DNA of 64,000 nt from a virus: the IMG/VR virus record IMGVR_UViG_3300025876_000018, positions 4,646 to 68,645 of that record; one strand, 5' to 3'. The position numbers were made by a program, and so were the translations under genes. Within the stretch, counting starts at the first letter, position 1, and the number at the start of each line of letters is the position of its first letter. A model generated the notes under the pieces. The model was not told the DNA's origin, searched no databases, and saw nothing but the letters and a program-made list of their open reading frames with translations. Below, in pieces: positions 37,601-46,373 of this stretch.

Positions 37601-40255
37601 TATAAAGGTGCTAGGGTAGTAAAACTACCAAAGTTGTATATATTTTATTTAGGTGGTATTTTATGGAGATATGAACAAGGTTTAAATAGTAACGATAGTG
37701 TTGATTTTAATGTTAAATTATTAAAATCTGACGGAACGCCAGATAATAGTTGTAGTCACCAAAAATTCGAAACTTCTTATAAAAAATATTTAAATTCAGG
37801 TTATTTAAGAGGGGCATCATCTTCTAAAGATGTGAATATAGATATAGAAGATTCATTAACTTCATTACCCCCATCAGTTAAAAAAGAATTTATAAACGGA
37901 TTTAAAAATTGGGTAGATGGTAATGATAGGTTTAACGATAATTTAAGTGGTAAATTTGAATTGAATATGACTTATTATGTTTCTGATCCTGACGATTCTT
38001 TTAGTTCTAGTATTACAGAAAAACAAAAAAAGGATGGAGAAACTTTTATATTAAAAGAATTAAAAGAGACGACTAACCTAATAATTTTAAATCCTGAAAT
38101 ATTTAACCCTAATAGGGTAGAATCAGAATTAGAAATAAATGTTAGTAACATAAACCAGTACATAGAATCTTTTAGTTTAAAGTTTGATGAAATAGAAAAA
38201 AATAATACTAATGGATCTGAAACTAATACTGAAGAAGAAAAGAAAAGTAAAAATAAAAGTACTAATAAAATAAAATTAGAAATATATAACTATTTCAAAA
38301 ATATTAATAGTAAATGGGTTGGTGCAGAAAAAAAATCGTTTAATATATGTGGTGGATCAGACACAAAAGATTTAATAGATTATTTTAGATTTATTGATAG
38401 GGGTTGGCGTAATATAGGTGAAAAAGCAACATTTAACCTTAAAAGTTTTTTAACATTAGGTAGTAATTTAAATACTAGTGTTTATTTATTTATGTCTAAA
38501 CTTTTAAGGGATAGTAATTTCTTATTTCAGATATTACCAAACTACATTAATTTTAAAGATAGAACAGAAGTAGCTAAAATTTTCCAACCACAAACAACTC
38601 TACAAGCTAATGAATCTACTGGACCAATCTTTTGTTGTATCTATGTAGGGGGAGCATCTGAAGTTTTAGATATAGGTGAGAGGAGCAATTATTATTTTAA
38701 AGATGACGGTTTTAGTTTTAAAAGTGGGACAGAATTACCTTCAGATATGGTGGGTCCTGATGATTCATCTTTAGTAGCATTTAGAGTTGCTTTTGGTGCA
38801 CAAAATCAAACAATTTTTAAAAATGTTTCTTTAAACCAACAAGAACATAAAGAAACGGGTGAGTATTTTAGGGCACTATCAGATTTGGTAGATAAAAGAG
38901 GAGGAACCCAAAAAACGTATGTTGGTACAGATTTATTAAGATTGTTTAAAACTAGATCATACACATGTAAAGTTGACGCTTTAGGGTGTATGAATATTCA
39001 ACCACTAATGTATTTTGATTTACAAAATGTCCCATTCTTTAATGGTGCATATCTAATTACTAGTGTCAATCATAATATTTCACCAAATCATATGACAACT
39101 AATTTTCAGGGTGTTAGACAATCAAAATTCATATCTCCACCTACAGAAGAAATAACCGCAGATTTAGAAATAGATCTAAATGAATCTAGTGACATACCTA
39201 AAATAGAGTTCACTAATTTAAGTTCAGATAATCCTTTATATAGTATAGGTGTCAGAAATGATATAGAAGGTGGTGACGATTTTGACTTTAATAATTTTAA
39301 CGTTGCTAACTTTAAAACTTTAGGTATTAAAAGAGATAGTGATGAACAATACTCTGAATTATCTAAAAATTTAGAAAATATATTTAAAGGTAACAATATG
39401 TTAACCAATTCTCAAGTAACTATGGCACTTACTGCGATGTTGTCAAATTCGAGTAACTTAAATATAAAAGAAAAAGAAGTTGAAAGGGGTGCTGAAATAC
39501 GTGATGCAGATAATAATATTTTATATTATACTTCTAATATAACAGGTATAGATGACCCAATAGTTGTTAAATATGGTGAGTCTTATTTAGCATCATTACC
39601 ATTATCTGCATCGACAAAAGATGAACCCAATACCGCTTATACAATTAAATCCAATAAAAAATTAGATGAACAATCTCAAAATAATAGTATTGAAAATGAA
39701 AAAAATAGTATAAATAATCAAATAAGCGCTTTAGACAATACTGATTCTAATTATGCAAAAAATAAAAAATTGTTAGAGGAAAAACTATCAAAATTAAAAA
39801 AACAAGAAGAGGATTTAATAGAAACTACCACGTATTATAATATTTTACCTGGTGACGCATATAGATTTAAACCTAGAGGTTATTTATATTTGATTGGTAG
39901 GAAAAACTATTATGATTTTTATAATTCATATTTCCAAAGTAAAGTTGCGGGGGAATCAAACATTAAAACACCTAGTGTTAGTATAGAAACTGAAGTTGCA
40001 ACTATTAACACATCGTTAAGTGCTTGGATATTTTTACAAAAAGATAAAAGAACTGCATACGAACTATCATCAAATAAAAATGATGGATCTGCATTAACAT
40101 TTAAATCTTGTTTAGACATAGTTTATCAGGGATTTGGACCAGAGGATGAAGTATCGTTTAGTACCTTTGAAAAGGTATTAACTTTATTTACTGGTAAAGA
40201 TAAACAACCACTAATAGATTATAATAATGCTAGAGGAGGAATTAACGCCTCGTAA
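34619..40255 (+). CDS. Baseplate hub / central spike-associated protein (gp27/VgrG-like) with a degenerate GH19 lysozyme-like C-terminus
   Basis: GIKDISIKYNASLVP.VDITF.DVRG near the start; SYTCKVDALGCMNIQPLMYFDLQNVPFFNGAYLITSVNHNISP (hub-like); GDAYRFKPRGYLYLIGRKNY (GH19-like). Confidence 0.65.
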   Translation: MANVEDLSSNKRGAKTGNVFVVDPNPPGMDIIPPEDMFIYVKFSAYPRSRTTYGGNTLEGDPIVFDSGIEGEVNFISTKIKYKDGKLDPPLQKSYATTDWTNIGGFKDENSRSAGTLEGFGIKDISIKYNASLVPVVDITFTDVRGSGLFDVIKDNDRKSPYSIFFKMPYPVFRLSVKGYFGQKVDYCLHMVNWTSNFDGSTGNFDITANFLGFQQAFLNDMVLGNIIGTINTQKGFNNLNRIYDDRGSDIGTEGDFNIRKIDEFLTKISRIQIETEIIKSDLNSFEYLKDLNGKLKLLESIQSFIGKDIGKQPISNSNGSGNESVTDSVDYIKRENNNTKIFTSPIKDSILKNKDNYLSIRDFIVINSINRGSFKTYTNTLTDIIIKYLEYLSDDDRKEYKPENTLSKLSDKVKSKISGVPSNENKKTNKDDELIKSFFLSTDDKNWENYVVSTKDKNGKIAKKQLEDIISEFQNKNSSIYLKNDYDGSDKNANYELSLFSADTQKFYQTLRPETNVIVVDFRKQRELVEYRISELKTIIKDQQEAVQLEINEKILKNFNDLFGFKPTIDKCFEILSNNTQAMIETIYDISKESEQEDKSSNRNKVLKGYETDVPTGINRVAWPTVYQKNGDGSLEEIYIGEIGGVNSIDFPEWNFTEEVFDNLVSKSKELEQVTKASVLKNGLDTDNWFPINPIDYKINPWIKINILNDKDEIYNELIKQIFYRVSILQNYSRFDLNTGLGNVPKYANFESIAANKTIFNKNVRSILSIILKELVNGEIDYKDSLFFKENINQVGSNFYIKETDDTLPEYNNFNLSGKYNSKANYVIFDDNDIINNSKKLFSEIQKEDSYVKLTDPDNGGTINKKETGDELYYKNSYSSANNFTTNNIFNVWAKTVSKNLFISNNNDFNTDLRNSKLLDFNPSATTFDSKYLNKTNFTLDNSSSCDYEEILTQSEFYTKQSSNYSRALLLLSTFPFRTFEEGFLNSIFPNNSYKGARVVKLPKLYIFYLGGILWRYEQGLNSNDSVDFNVKLLKSDGTPDNSCSHQKFETSYKKYLNSGYLRGASSSKDVNIDIEDSLTSLPPSVKKEFINGFKNWVDGNDRFNDNLSGKFELNMTYYVSDPDDSFSSSITEKQKKDGETFILKELKETTNLIILNPEIFNPNRVESELEINVSNINQYIESFSLKFDEIEKNNTNGSETNTEEEKKSKNKSTNKIKLEIYNYFKNINSKWVGAEKKSFNICGGSDTKDLIDYFRFIDRGWRNIGEKATFNLKSFLTLGSNLNTSVYLFMSKLLRDSNFLFQILPNYINFKDRTEVAKIFQPQTTLQANESTGPIFCCIYVGGASEVLDIGERSNYYFKDDGFSFKSGTELPSDMVGPDDSSLVAFRVAFGAQNQTIFKNVSLNQQEHKETGEYFRALSDLVDKRGGTQKTYVGTDLLRLFKTRSYTCKVDALGCMNIQPLMYFDLQNVPFFNGAYLITSVNHNISPNHMTTNFQGVRQSKFISPPTEEITADLEIDLNESSDIPKIEFTNLSSDNPLYSIGVRNDIEGGDDFDFNNFNVANFKTLGIKRDSDEQYSELSKNLENIFKGNNMLTNSQVTMALTAMLSNSSNLNIKEKEVERGAEIRDADNNILYYTSNITGIDDPIVVKYGESYLASLPLSASTKDEPNTAYTIKSNKKLDEQSQNNSIENEKNSINNQISALDNTDSNYAKNKKLLEEKLSKLKKQEEDLIETTTYYNILPGDAYRFKPRGYLYLIGRKNYYDFYNSYFQSKVAGESNIKTPSVSIETEVATINTSLSAWIFLQKDKRTAYELSSNKNDGSALTFKSCLDIVYQGFGPEDEVSFSTFEKVLTLFTGKDKQPLIDYNNARGGINAS

Positions 40256-40291
40256 TCTAAACATAAATTTTCTTTTTTAAAAAAAAATTAT

Positions 40292-40299
40292 TATATTTG
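40292..40299 (+). promoter_or_regulatory. Bacteroidota-type -7 promoter element TATATTTG
   Basis: Matches TAnnTTTG 4 nt before the ATG at 40304. The -33 position is TTTT rather than TTTG. Confidence 0.45.
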
Positions 40300-40303
40300 T
40301 AAT

Positions 40304-40906
40304 ATGTATGTTGGAAATATAGTAACAGAATCTAAATTAGATGTTGAAAATTTTGGAATTTATAATAATATAGATGCAATTGATAATGACCTCCCCACAT
40401 TAATTATAGGGTGGAAAAAGGTTAAAAAATTATATGGTGATAAAGTTTCTATTTTACATAAACAATTAAATTTTAACACATATTGGACATTTTCACCTAA
40501 AGAAAGAAAATCGGAATATGAAACAGATACCGATTCTTTTTTCACCTATTGTTACAATTTCTTTGGTCAAAATATTCCTTATGTTTATTTAGATGTTTTA
40601 TTAGGTAAAAAAAGAGTTAATTTAAAAATAATAAAAAAAATACTAACCTTAAAAAACCCAATAACATATATATCAGAAAATAAAATGGTTTATATATATG
40701 GAGAAAATATTATTTTTGGGTTAGATTTAAATGTGGTAAAATTATTCGAAGGAAAATATGAAAAAATAGTAAATAAAATAAAGACTTTAGAAAATAATAC
40801 TTTGGTAGATTTAGAGATATTTAATAAATGTGAGGACCTTATTTTAAAATTAAAAAATAAGGATAAATACGTACCTTACATTTATGAATATGGACACAAA
40901 AGATAA
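40304..40906 (+). CDS. Hypothetical protein
   Basis: 200-aa ORF with genome-typical composition; no motif recognised. Confidence 0.75.
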   Translation: MYVGNIVTESKLDVENFGIYNNIDAIDNDLPTLIIGWKKVKKLYGDKVSILHKQLNFNTYWTFSPKERKSEYETDTDSFFTYCYNFFGQNIPYVYLDVLLGKKRVNLKIIKKILTLKNPITYISENKMVYIYGENIIFGLDLNVVKLFEGKYEKIVNKIKTLENNTLVDLEIFNKCEDLILKLKNKDKYVPYIYEYGHKR

Positions 40907-41300
40907 AATTATAACCTTAGCTTCATTTGTATACTTAGACAAAATTAATAGTTTTAAAAACTATCTCAATAAAAGATTTTCAATCAACGAAGATAATATT
41001 TTTCAATATTCCTTTACCGACAACGATAAAAAAATATTAACCTTTATGGTTAGACTCCACCAAAGTGAAAGAGTAGACACTCGTTCTTTTTACCCACCAA
41101 CAATAATAGTACATAAAAAAGGTGAATGTTTTTATACTATAAATGCACTTAATAAATTAATTGAGAGTAATACAGAATCAGAAATAGGTAATTTAAATTA
41201 TCATGATGTTAAAATAGATTGGGACAACTACCAAAATAAAATGATGATTACTAAAAACAATGAATTGAAAATATTCACTATAAATAGAGATTTTTCTTAA
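40884..41300 (+). CDS. Hypothetical protein
   Basis: 138-aa ORF overlapping the previous stop; the real start may be the second Met. Confidence 0.75.
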   Translation: MNMDTKDKIITLASFVYLDKINSFKNYLNKRFSINEDNIFQYSFTDNDKKILTFMVRLHQSERVDTRSFYPPTIIVHKKGECFYTINALNKLIESNTESEIGNLNYHDVKIDWDNYQNKMMITKNNELKIFTINRDFS

Positions 41301-41328
41301 TTTCTTAATATTTATTAATAAAAGTACT

Positions 41329-41514
41329 ATGGAAACAAATAAAGACAACAAAGAAAAAGAAACCTTAAAAAATAAATTAAACGACTTTTTAACTAACCAA
41401 AAAGAAGTTGAAGAGTGTGTCGGTGAAGAGTGTTTAATTAATGATGGTAAAGAGATTGTAGAAAGAGTTGAAAAAGTATATAAGACTAATGACGGTAGAC
41501 AATTATTAATGTAA
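41329..41514 (+). CDS. Small charged hypothetical protein
   Basis: 61 aa; ATATTTAT lies at 41308-41315; ends VYKTNDGRQLLM. Confidence 0.7.
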   Translation: METNKDNKEKETLKNKLNDFLTNQKEVEECVGEECLINDGKEIVERVEKVYKTNDGRQLLM

Positions 41515-41515
41515 A

Positions 41516-42262
41516 ATGAATAAGAAAAAATTACTTTCCGAAGATTTAAAAAGATACCAACAATTGTTGGAGTATACCTTTTATGTTCCAGAAGAAGAAG
41601 ATAGAGTGGACGACTTACTTTTAGATGATATGTTAACAGAGCAAGATCCCGCAGCGGATGAAGAAGATCCTTTTTTTGATGTTGGTGACGAAGATGAAGC
41701 ACCTGAAGGTGAAATTGAATCGACTGAAGACGAATTTTCGGAGGAAGAAGAAACTACTGAAGAAACACCAGAAGAAGGTGGAGAGACAGATCCTTTTGGT
41801 TCTGATACAGAAGTAGAAGATGAATTTGCAGATGAAGATATGGAAATGGGTGGTGATGATGAAACTGTAGAGGTAGACGTTACTGATATCGTAGATAAAA
41901 CTGAAGAAACTAAAGCGTCTGTAGATGATATGGGTAGTAAAATGGATGACTTACTATCTAAATTAAGTGACTTAGAATCACAAGTTACAGATATGGATGG
42001 AGTTATTAACAAAATTGATGACTTAGAAAAAGAAATTGAAAAAAGAAATCCTACACCTGTAGAAAGATTAGAAATGAGATCTATGGATTCATTTCCATAT
42101 AGTGTTAAACTAACTGATTATTGGAAAGATAAAGAAGGGTATGATGCGAGTGAACCTGAAGATGAATACACATTAACTCAGAGTGATGTTGACAATTTTG
42201 AAGATAAAGAAATAAGAGCTTCTTTTGAGTCTGATAACGAAGAAGAAAAAGAAGAATTATAA
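41516..42262 (+). CDS. Highly acidic coiled-coil leader-bearing protein (possible head core/scaffold-type protein)
   Basis: MNKKKLLSEDLKRYQQLLEY, a long D/E-rich region and heptad-like MDDLLSKLSDLESQV..IDDLEKEIEK. Confidence 0.7.
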   Translation: MNKKKLLSEDLKRYQQLLEYTFYVPEEEDRVDDLLLDDMLTEQDPAADEEDPFFDVGDEDEAPEGEIESTEDEFSEEEETTEETPEEGGETDPFGSDTEVEDEFADEDMEMGGDDETVEVDVTDIVDKTEETKASVDDMGSKMDDLLSKLSDLESQVTDMDGVINKIDDLEKEIEKRNPTPVERLEMRSMDSFPYSVKLTDYWKDKEGYDASEPEDEYTLTQSDVDNFEDKEIRASFESDNEEEKEEL

Positions 42263-42276
42263 AAAAACATTTTATT

Positions 42277-42753
42277 ATGAAAACAAGATTAGATGAAACA
42301 AATAAAATGAGAAAGTTAATGGGTTTAAACTTATTAACTGAAGAAGAAACCCCCACAGGAAGGACTCAAACATCATTATCTAAAGAAGTATCCGAAAAAG
42401 AGATTGAACAATTGGAGAAATTAATAAATGATATGGAGACTACTATTAAAGAGTTAAAATCTGAAAAAAAATATAATTATGGTAATATATTAACCAGACT
42501 TAAAAATAAACGAAAAATCGCTGGTATGACAAAAAAATCAGAAAAACTACAAGATAAGATTGATTCTTTAGTGAAAGATATGGAACAATACGATGAGGGT
42601 AAAGTAGTTAGTGGTTCAGATAAGAAAAAACTTAAAAGTGGTATTGGTATGGCATTATCTTATATCGCCGCAATTGTTGCACAAATAAATTTAGTAAAAC
42701 ATAGGGAAAGGATATCTAAAAGAGTACAAGGACTCATCGACTCAATAAATTAA
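42277..42753 (+). CDS. Leader-bearing coiled-coil hypothetical protein
   Basis: MKTRLDETNKMRKLMGLNLLTEEE; hydrophobic patch near the C-terminus (GIGMALSYIAAIVAQI). Confidence 0.75.
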   Translation: MKTRLDETNKMRKLMGLNLLTEEETPTGRTQTSLSKEVSEKEIEQLEKLINDMETTIKELKSEKKYNYGNILTRLKNKRKIAGMTKKSEKLQDKIDSLVKDMEQYDEGKVVSGSDKKKLKSGIGMALSYIAAIVAQINLVKHRERISKRVQGLIDSIN

Positions 42754-42759
42754 ATCATA

Positions 42760-42790
42760 AAAAACCTCACAAAAGTGGGGTTTTTCTTTT
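42760..42790 (+). terminator. Intrinsic terminator before the replication block
   Basis: AAAAACCTCAC-aaaa-GTGGGGTTTTT hairpin followed by T's. Confidence 0.8.
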
Positions 42791-42798
42791 ACCACCTA

Positions 42799-42829
42799 TT
42801 GACTTTTTGATAAAGTATTGTTATAATTG
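42799..42829 (+). promoter_or_regulatory. Strong sigma70-type promoter TTGACT-N17-TGnTATAAT for the replication operon
   Basis: -35 at 42799-42804, extended -10 TG at 42819-42820, TATAAT at 42822-42827. Confidence 0.75.
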
Positions 42830-42855
42830 TATATTATTAAATTAAAAAAAATACA

Positions 42856-43743
42856 ATGAGTAACAGTTTAGATGCAATTTTGGCTCAGTATGAGAAGAAT
42901 ACTGAACCAGTAAAAAGTGGAAAGAAAATTTCCAATGAAGACAGACTAAAAAAATACTTTACGGAAAAATTACCGAAAGGTGTTAAGTCACAAACTAAAA
43001 CTTTCAGAATATTACCATCGAAGGATGGTGGTTCTCCATTTACTGAAGTTTTTTATCACGAAAAAGAAGTTAATGGTAAATATGAAAAAATTTACTGTAA
43101 CCATTTAAATGATGGAGAACATTGTCCACTATGTGAGGCGAAAGATGCCTTATATGAAGATGGTTCAGAAAAGGCTAAACAATTAGCTAAAACATTCATC
43201 GCTAGAAAATTCTACGTAGTAAAGGGAATTGATAGAGATAATGAAGATCATGGTGTTAAATTTTGGAGATTTAAACACTACAGAAATGGAAATGGTGTTA
43301 TGGACAAACTAATACCCGTTTTTAAATTAAAAGGTGATATTAGTGACCCTAGAGAAGGTAGAAATATAGTTATCACTTCTGGGAGAGATCAAAATAATTA
43401 TTCTGTTGTTAATACAATTATGGCAGATGACGTATCTATCTTAACTAATGATAAAGATTACGCTAACGAATGGATGGGTAATGAAGAAACATTTAAAGAT
43501 GTTTACGCTAAAAAATCTAAAGAGTATTTAGAAATTGTTGCAACAAACAAAACCCCAGTTTGGGATTCAGAACAAAAGAAGTATGTAGCTGAAGAAGACA
43601 AAGAAGAAAAAGAAACTGCGTCACTAACAGAAGAAATCAATATGATGAGAACAGAAACTACTACATCTTTTGAAGATGATTATAGTTCTAAAGATAATGT
43701 AGAAGTTTCTAAGTTAAATGACGATGACGAGTTACCATTTTAA
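42856..43743 (+). CDS. Single-stranded DNA-binding protein (T4 gp32-like)
   Basis: FRILP..SPF.EV.YH, HCPLCE zinc ligands, FYVVKGIDR..VKFWRF, DPREGR, and an acidic tail ending DDDELPF. Confidence 0.9.
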   Translation: MSNSLDAILAQYEKNTEPVKSGKKISNEDRLKKYFTEKLPKGVKSQTKTFRILPSKDGGSPFTEVFYHEKEVNGKYEKIYCNHLNDGEHCPLCEAKDALYEDGSEKAKQLAKTFIARKFYVVKGIDRDNEDHGVKFWRFKHYRNGNGVMDKLIPVFKLKGDISDPREGRNIVITSGRDQNNYSVVNTIMADDVSILTNDKDYANEWMGNEETFKDVYAKKSKEYLEIVATNKTPVWDSEQKKYVAEEDKEEKETASLTEEINMMRTETTTSFEDDYSSKDNVEVSKLNDDDELPF

Positions 43744-43751
43744 TTAAAACT

Positions 43752-44807
43752 ATGGCAAAGAAACCTTTAAAAAAGAAAACGTCTGATTTTTCGTCTATAA
43801 GGAAAAAGTTTTCCTCCAAAGAAAAGTATAAAGAACAAAAATACTTTGATTTGGGGGAATCCTTCCAAAAGGCGACAGGTTTACCTGGTCCTGCTATGGG
43901 ACAAATTAATATGTTATTAGGACATTCAGACACAGGAAAGACAACTGCTTTAATACAAGCAGCGGTAGATGCACAGAAAAAAGGTATTCTACCAATATTC
44001 ATAATTACTGAACAAAAATTTAGTTTTGAACATGCTAAACAGATGGGGTTAAAAACTGATTATGTGGAAGAGATTGACGAAGAGACTGGTGAAGTAACTG
44101 GTTATTGGGATGGATTTTTACTATATAAGTTAGGTTTTGACTATATTGAACAAGCATTTGATTATGTGACTGAAGTTTTAGACGGTCAAAAGAACGGTGA
44201 GATACCACACGATATATTATTCTGTTGGGACTCTATAGGTACTATACCTTGTAAAATGAGTTTCGATGGTAAGGGGGGTAATCAACATACTGCTAGGACT
44301 ATCTCAGAAAAATGGGGAATGGGTATGGCGCAAAGAATTACTTCTTCTAGAAAAGAAACTGCACCATATACTAACTCTATGATTTTCGTAAACCAACCTT
44401 GGGTTGAGTTACCAGATAATCCTTTCGGTCAACCAAAGATACAACCAAAAGGTGGTCAGTCCATATACTTATCTTGTGCGTTAGTATTCTTATTTGGTAA
44501 CCAAAAGAATGCTGGAATATCTAAACTATCTGCCACTAATAAAGGTAGAAAAGTTAATTTCGCTATTAGAACTAAAGTGGGTATACACAAAAACCATATG
44601 AATGGTTTAGGTTATGCTGATTGTAGGATACTTGCAACCACACATGGATTTATCGAAGACGATAAAAAGGCTATTGATGAATATAAAGCCCAACATAAGG
44701 ATTATTGGGTTGAAATATTTGAGTCTGTAGGTGACGATGTAATGGACTTCGTTATTGAAAACGATGAAAACTATATTGAAGCACCTGTAGAATATTCTGA
44801 TGATTAA
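43752..44807 (+). CDS. uvsX: RecA/UvsX-like recombinase
   Basis: Walker A GHSDTGKT, Walker B LFCWDSIG, FVNQ, PKGG motif; directly after the SSB. Confidence 0.9.
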   Translation: MAKKPLKKKTSDFSSIRKKFSSKEKYKEQKYFDLGESFQKATGLPGPAMGQINMLLGHSDTGKTTALIQAAVDAQKKGILPIFIITEQKFSFEHAKQMGLKTDYVEEIDEETGEVTGYWDGFLLYKLGFDYIEQAFDYVTEVLDGQKNGEIPHDILFCWDSIGTIPCKMSFDGKGGNQHTARTISEKWGMGMAQRITSSRKETAPYTNSMIFVNQPWVELPDNPFGQPKIQPKGGQSIYLSCALVFLFGNQKNAGISKLSATNKGRKVNFAIRTKVGIHKNHMNGLGYADCRILATTHGFIEDDKKAIDEYKAQHKDYWVEIFESVGDDVMDFVIENDENYIEAPVEYSDD

Positions 44808-44836
44808 ATTATTTATTAACCTTTAATCATCTATGA

Positions 44837-45880
44837 GTGAAAATACCAAATAAAAAAAGAAATAATCAAAAAACTTTATTAGTCGATGGGGACTCGTTGT
44901 TAAAAACCGCCTATCATGGGGCTAAAAATCTTTACTATAAAGAAACCCATATAGGTGGTATTTTTCAGTTCCTAACAATGGTTAGAAAAATGTTAAACGA
45001 AAATAAGTTTGACAGAGTTTATGTATTTTGGGACGGAAAGTTTAGTGGTAGACTAAGGTACGAACTATATAAAGACTATAAATCTAATAGAGGGAAAGAT
45101 TTCTACAACGAAAAACCACCATCTGAACTTAGTTTATATTTACAGAAAGAAAGAGTTATTTCTTATTGTGAAGAGTTATTTATAAGACAATACAGAGATG
45201 ATATTGTTGAAGCGGATGACTCTATTGCATATTATGTAAAAAATACCCCAGATAACGAAAGTGTGGTTATTATGAGTAATGATAGAGATCTTTGCCAACT
45301 AATCACCAAAAAGGTAAGTGTGTATATCATTAACCTAAAAAAAATAGTTACTGAAGAAAATTATTTAGTAGATTTTGATCATCACCCATCTAATCTTAAG
45401 TTAATTAAAACAATTACTGGTGACAATAGTGACAATATAAAGGGGATATTAGGGGTTAGCGAAAAAACTTTATTAAAATTTTTTCCTGAAATAATGGAAA
45501 AAACTTTGACTTTAGAATATATTTTTAGTAAAATTGAAGTTATACAAAAAGAAAGAAAAAATAGATTGAAGTCGTTAGATAATATACTTAACAAAGTAAC
45601 TAAAGGTTCACAAAAGGAACTAATATATGAAGTTAATGATAAAATTATCGATTTAAAAAACCCATTGTTGACAGAAGATAGTAAATCAGAATTAGATTAT
45701 TTATTTACCACTTCTATTGATCCAGAAGGTAGAGAAACTAAAAATGTTATAAATATGATGATTGAAGATGGATTAATGTGGGCAATACCAGGAGGTAAGG
45801 ATGGTTATATTAATTTTTTACAACCATTTTTATCAATAATAAAGAAAGAAAAAAAATATTACAAAAAATTAAATGTTTAA
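44837..45880 (+). CDS. 5'-3' exonuclease / flap endonuclease (T4 RNase H, Pol I N-terminal family)
   Basis: LLVDGDS, VFWDG, R.ELYKDYK.NR, EADDSIA, SNDRDLCQL, GDNSDNIKGILGVSEKT. Confidence 0.93.
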   Translation: MKIPNKKRNNQKTLLVDGDSLLKTAYHGAKNLYYKETHIGGIFQFLTMVRKMLNENKFDRVYVFWDGKFSGRLRYELYKDYKSNRGKDFYNEKPPSELSLYLQKERVISYCEELFIRQYRDDIVEADDSIAYYVKNTPDNESVVIMSNDRDLCQLITKKVSVYIINLKKIVTEENYLVDFDHHPSNLKLIKTITGDNSDNIKGILGVSEKTLLKFFPEIMEKTLTLEYIFSKIEVIQKERKNRLKSLDNILNKVTKGSQKELIYEVNDKIIDLKNPLLTEDSKSELDYLFTTSIDPEGRETKNVINMMIEDGLMWAIPGGKDGYINFLQPFLSIIKKEKKYYKKLNV

Positions 45881-45883
45881 GTT

Positions 45884-46360
45884 ATGAAAAAAAAGTATCA
45901 AAATTATCCTTATGAGTTTTTATTTTTAATAAATGGAAACCCTATTGTGGGTAGAAACTTCCCCATAAAAAATTATAATAGAGAATCGTTAAAATCTTAC
46001 GAATTAAAAGAAACTATAGATGATGTGGTGGGCATAATTAAAAAACACTTTAAAAATAACACATATGAGTATATGGAAAAAATTAATCATTTCTTTGTTG
46101 CTAGTACAGATGAAAATGCGGAAGTTAGAGACATATATGAAAATGAAGATTTTTTCACATTACAAATTAAAGTAAAAGGAAGAGTAGTATGTGAAAGTAT
46201 TTTTAGTGGAAATGACTACCCACCAAATGTAAGATATGATGTTAATATAAGAAAAATTATACCAAAAATCATTGATCACATCCAACAGGGGTTAAGTCGT
46301 AAAAATTATACAAAAAATTTGTACGGTTATCAGTTAGATCGCATATTTATTAATAACTAA
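45884..46360 (+). CDS. Hypothetical protein in the replication block
   Basis: 158-aa ORF tightly packed between the exonuclease and the helicase. Confidence 0.75.
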   Translation: MKKKYQNYPYEFLFLINGNPIVGRNFPIKNYNRESLKSYELKETIDDVVGIIKKHFKNNTYEYMEKINHFFVASTDENAEVRDIYENEDFFTLQIKVKGRVVCESIFSGNDYPPNVRYDVNIRKIIPKIIDHIQQGLSRKNYTKNLYGYQLDRIFINN

Positions 46361-46373
46361 AATTAGAAAAAGA

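Noticed and set aside
41193-41702. 169-aa minus-strand ORF
   Set aside because: It overlaps three well-supported + strand genes and has shadow-like composition.
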